A DNA stretch of 64,000 nt. Origin: Macrostomum hystrix (lineage: Eukaryota > Animalia > Platyhelminthes). Below the pieces are notes generated by a model that saw nothing but the letters and a program-made list of their open reading frames with translations, did no database searches and was not told the DNA's origin. Positions 48,496 through 64,000 of this stretch are shown piece by piece (positions within the stretch are counted from its first letter, which is position 1; each line of letters begins with the position of its first letter). The position numbers and the translations under genes are program-made. The stretch spans positions 8,618,001 to 8,682,000 of the forward strand of contig CATNEN010000029.1 of assembly GCA_950097015.1 (NCBI GenBank), in the 5' to 3' direction.

Positions 48496-50247
48496 CGCTC
48501 TCTGATCATAGTTTTTTGTTTAACTGTGAGTCTCGCGCGCCAATTTAAATTGTTAGCAATTCCCATAGAGAAGAATTAAACCAGATCTATTTTTTACTGT
48601 CTCGCGTTAATTTAAAAGCTTTGTTCTCAGTAGTGCTCACTGTTCACTACTGCCTGAACATTATAAACTCTCAGTTGATTGTCTCATTTTCACGAATCAA
48701 AATTTTTGCTCCACTTATTTCAGTACATATCTTGCATGTGGCCGCAGTTACTTTCGTATTAGCCTACTCACGAGTGTCAGTAGACAATGTAGCGCATGAT
48801 TGCACTGTTTTATTTTTTTCAATTCTGCATTGGCTCAAGGAGAGAATAGGAGTTTTAAGACCCATGATTAAAATTAAACTATGCGTAGATTCACTCCATT
48901 CGTCAAGTAGTATGAGTATAAGTAGTAAACTAGTTTTCCTGATGTTTTCATCTGAGGCTAATTTGAACTGCCAAATGAGAACAAAAAATTAACTTTTTAT
49001 TGCCTGTTTTGTTATCTCAAATTGGGCAGACTTTCTGTCGCTTACTCTTTCGTATCTTCCTTTGCTATTGATTTACTCTGTGTTGTACTTTTTTGTGCTA
49101 TTGCCCGCCTCCTTTTTGTTGCTAAACAAGTCTTTGTTATTGTCTTTTGTATGACTTCAGAATGAGTGGCTTATTTTGATGGTCACGCACAAAGCCAAAA
49201 TTTGGGAAACTATATAAGAATTGTCACATTTTAATTCAGTTAGCCAATATAAAATTATAGTTTTTGGTCATTATTTAATAAGTTAGTACTCGTATAATTA
49301 TATTTATTTATTATATTGTAATAGCCTGTAGTAACGCCAGTGATGAAATCAATGCCATCCAATAGCAACCAAGTCATAGCCATGTAATTGCGGTATGATA
49401 TTTATGAAATATTGTTTACTGTTACCAGATATAAAATATAACTGTTTTCTTGTCCATATATTATGTTTGAACAACTAACAAAAACAATTCAAAATAAGAC
49501 AAAAATATACATATAATTTCTTGCTTTGTTTAGAACCTCATTTTTTTCATAGTCCCATAGTGGATCCTAACGAGTCCGTCAATGTGTCGAGTTTTTGAAA
49601 ATTGTCTCAATAAAAGTTCCTTTTGTTGTTTTATGATCAGCTTTTCTCAATTCTTCCTTTTCAATAATAAAAAACAAAATAATCATCGATGCACAATGAA
49701 TACGGTTTCGTTTTTAGGGCCGAAGACTGGCTTAGCTTAGATTTATGAGTTTATTCGTGCATTGATTTATAAGTTTTAAAGTATTGTGGTAAATACTTGT
49801 CAAGAGTAGGACGTCAATGCATAAGAGACTTGTGTGTGCAGTAATAACAGAACTAAGCACTCAGTTTCTACAGAAAAAGCAGACTACGACTAAACAAGTC
49901 AGACTTGATGAGATTATTATTTTGCACACATTCATTCTATTTATCAGTAGAATGAATAGATGATTCTGTCGAGTGGATCATTGGAGACAGCCGTAACAAC
50001 AACAAGAACAACAACGTCTTGATTGGAAAATGTGATAAAACGTGACTGACAGCTAAACAGTAAAATATGAATTAACTGTTTAATAAATAGAAAATATAAA
50101 TACACGGTGCATGCAACGACAATATTAGAGGTCACTGGATACAACAGATTAACAGATATAAGCATGGTTAATAATATCATAATATGGTAATTAGTTCATT
50201 AATCAGCAATCATTGATCAGGAGATATTTCCAGGCAGATCACATAGA

Positions 50248-64000
<13,753 letters not shown>

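Overview
Eukaryotic (metazoan) genomic DNA with GC-rich exons and introns packed with locus-specific minisatellites. This style suggests a macrostomid flatworm such as Macrostomum, but that is inference only. By hand-splicing exons I reconstruct six genes: CBF-beta (+, five exons, invisible as a single ORF), core alpha1,3-fucosyltransferase FucTA-like (-), RP2/XRP2 (-), mitochondrial carrier SLC25A39/40-like (+), a four-SH3 adaptor (+), and the 3' two-thirds of a CHD3/4/5 (Mi-2) remodeler (-). Mobile DNA includes an intact BEL/Pao LTR retrotransposon (identical LTRs, 5-bp TSD) inside a Mi-2 intron, a dead P-element-like transposase, an internally deleted IS630/Tc1-type element whose right TIR is split by a hAT MITE, a PHD-finger Mutator (MULE) deletion derivative, five tRNA-derived SINE copies and about 25 tandem arrays. 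No rRNA, genuine tRNA gene or CRISPR array is supported. The best leads are: 36 RUNX core sites inside the CBF-beta gene; an intron built from AG|GT ratchet-like splice junctions; possible trans-spliced divergent operons; an anomalous polypurine-tract/LTR boundary; MITE-borne minisatellites; and a Mi-2 copy with two frameshifts. All of these are hypotheses that need testing.
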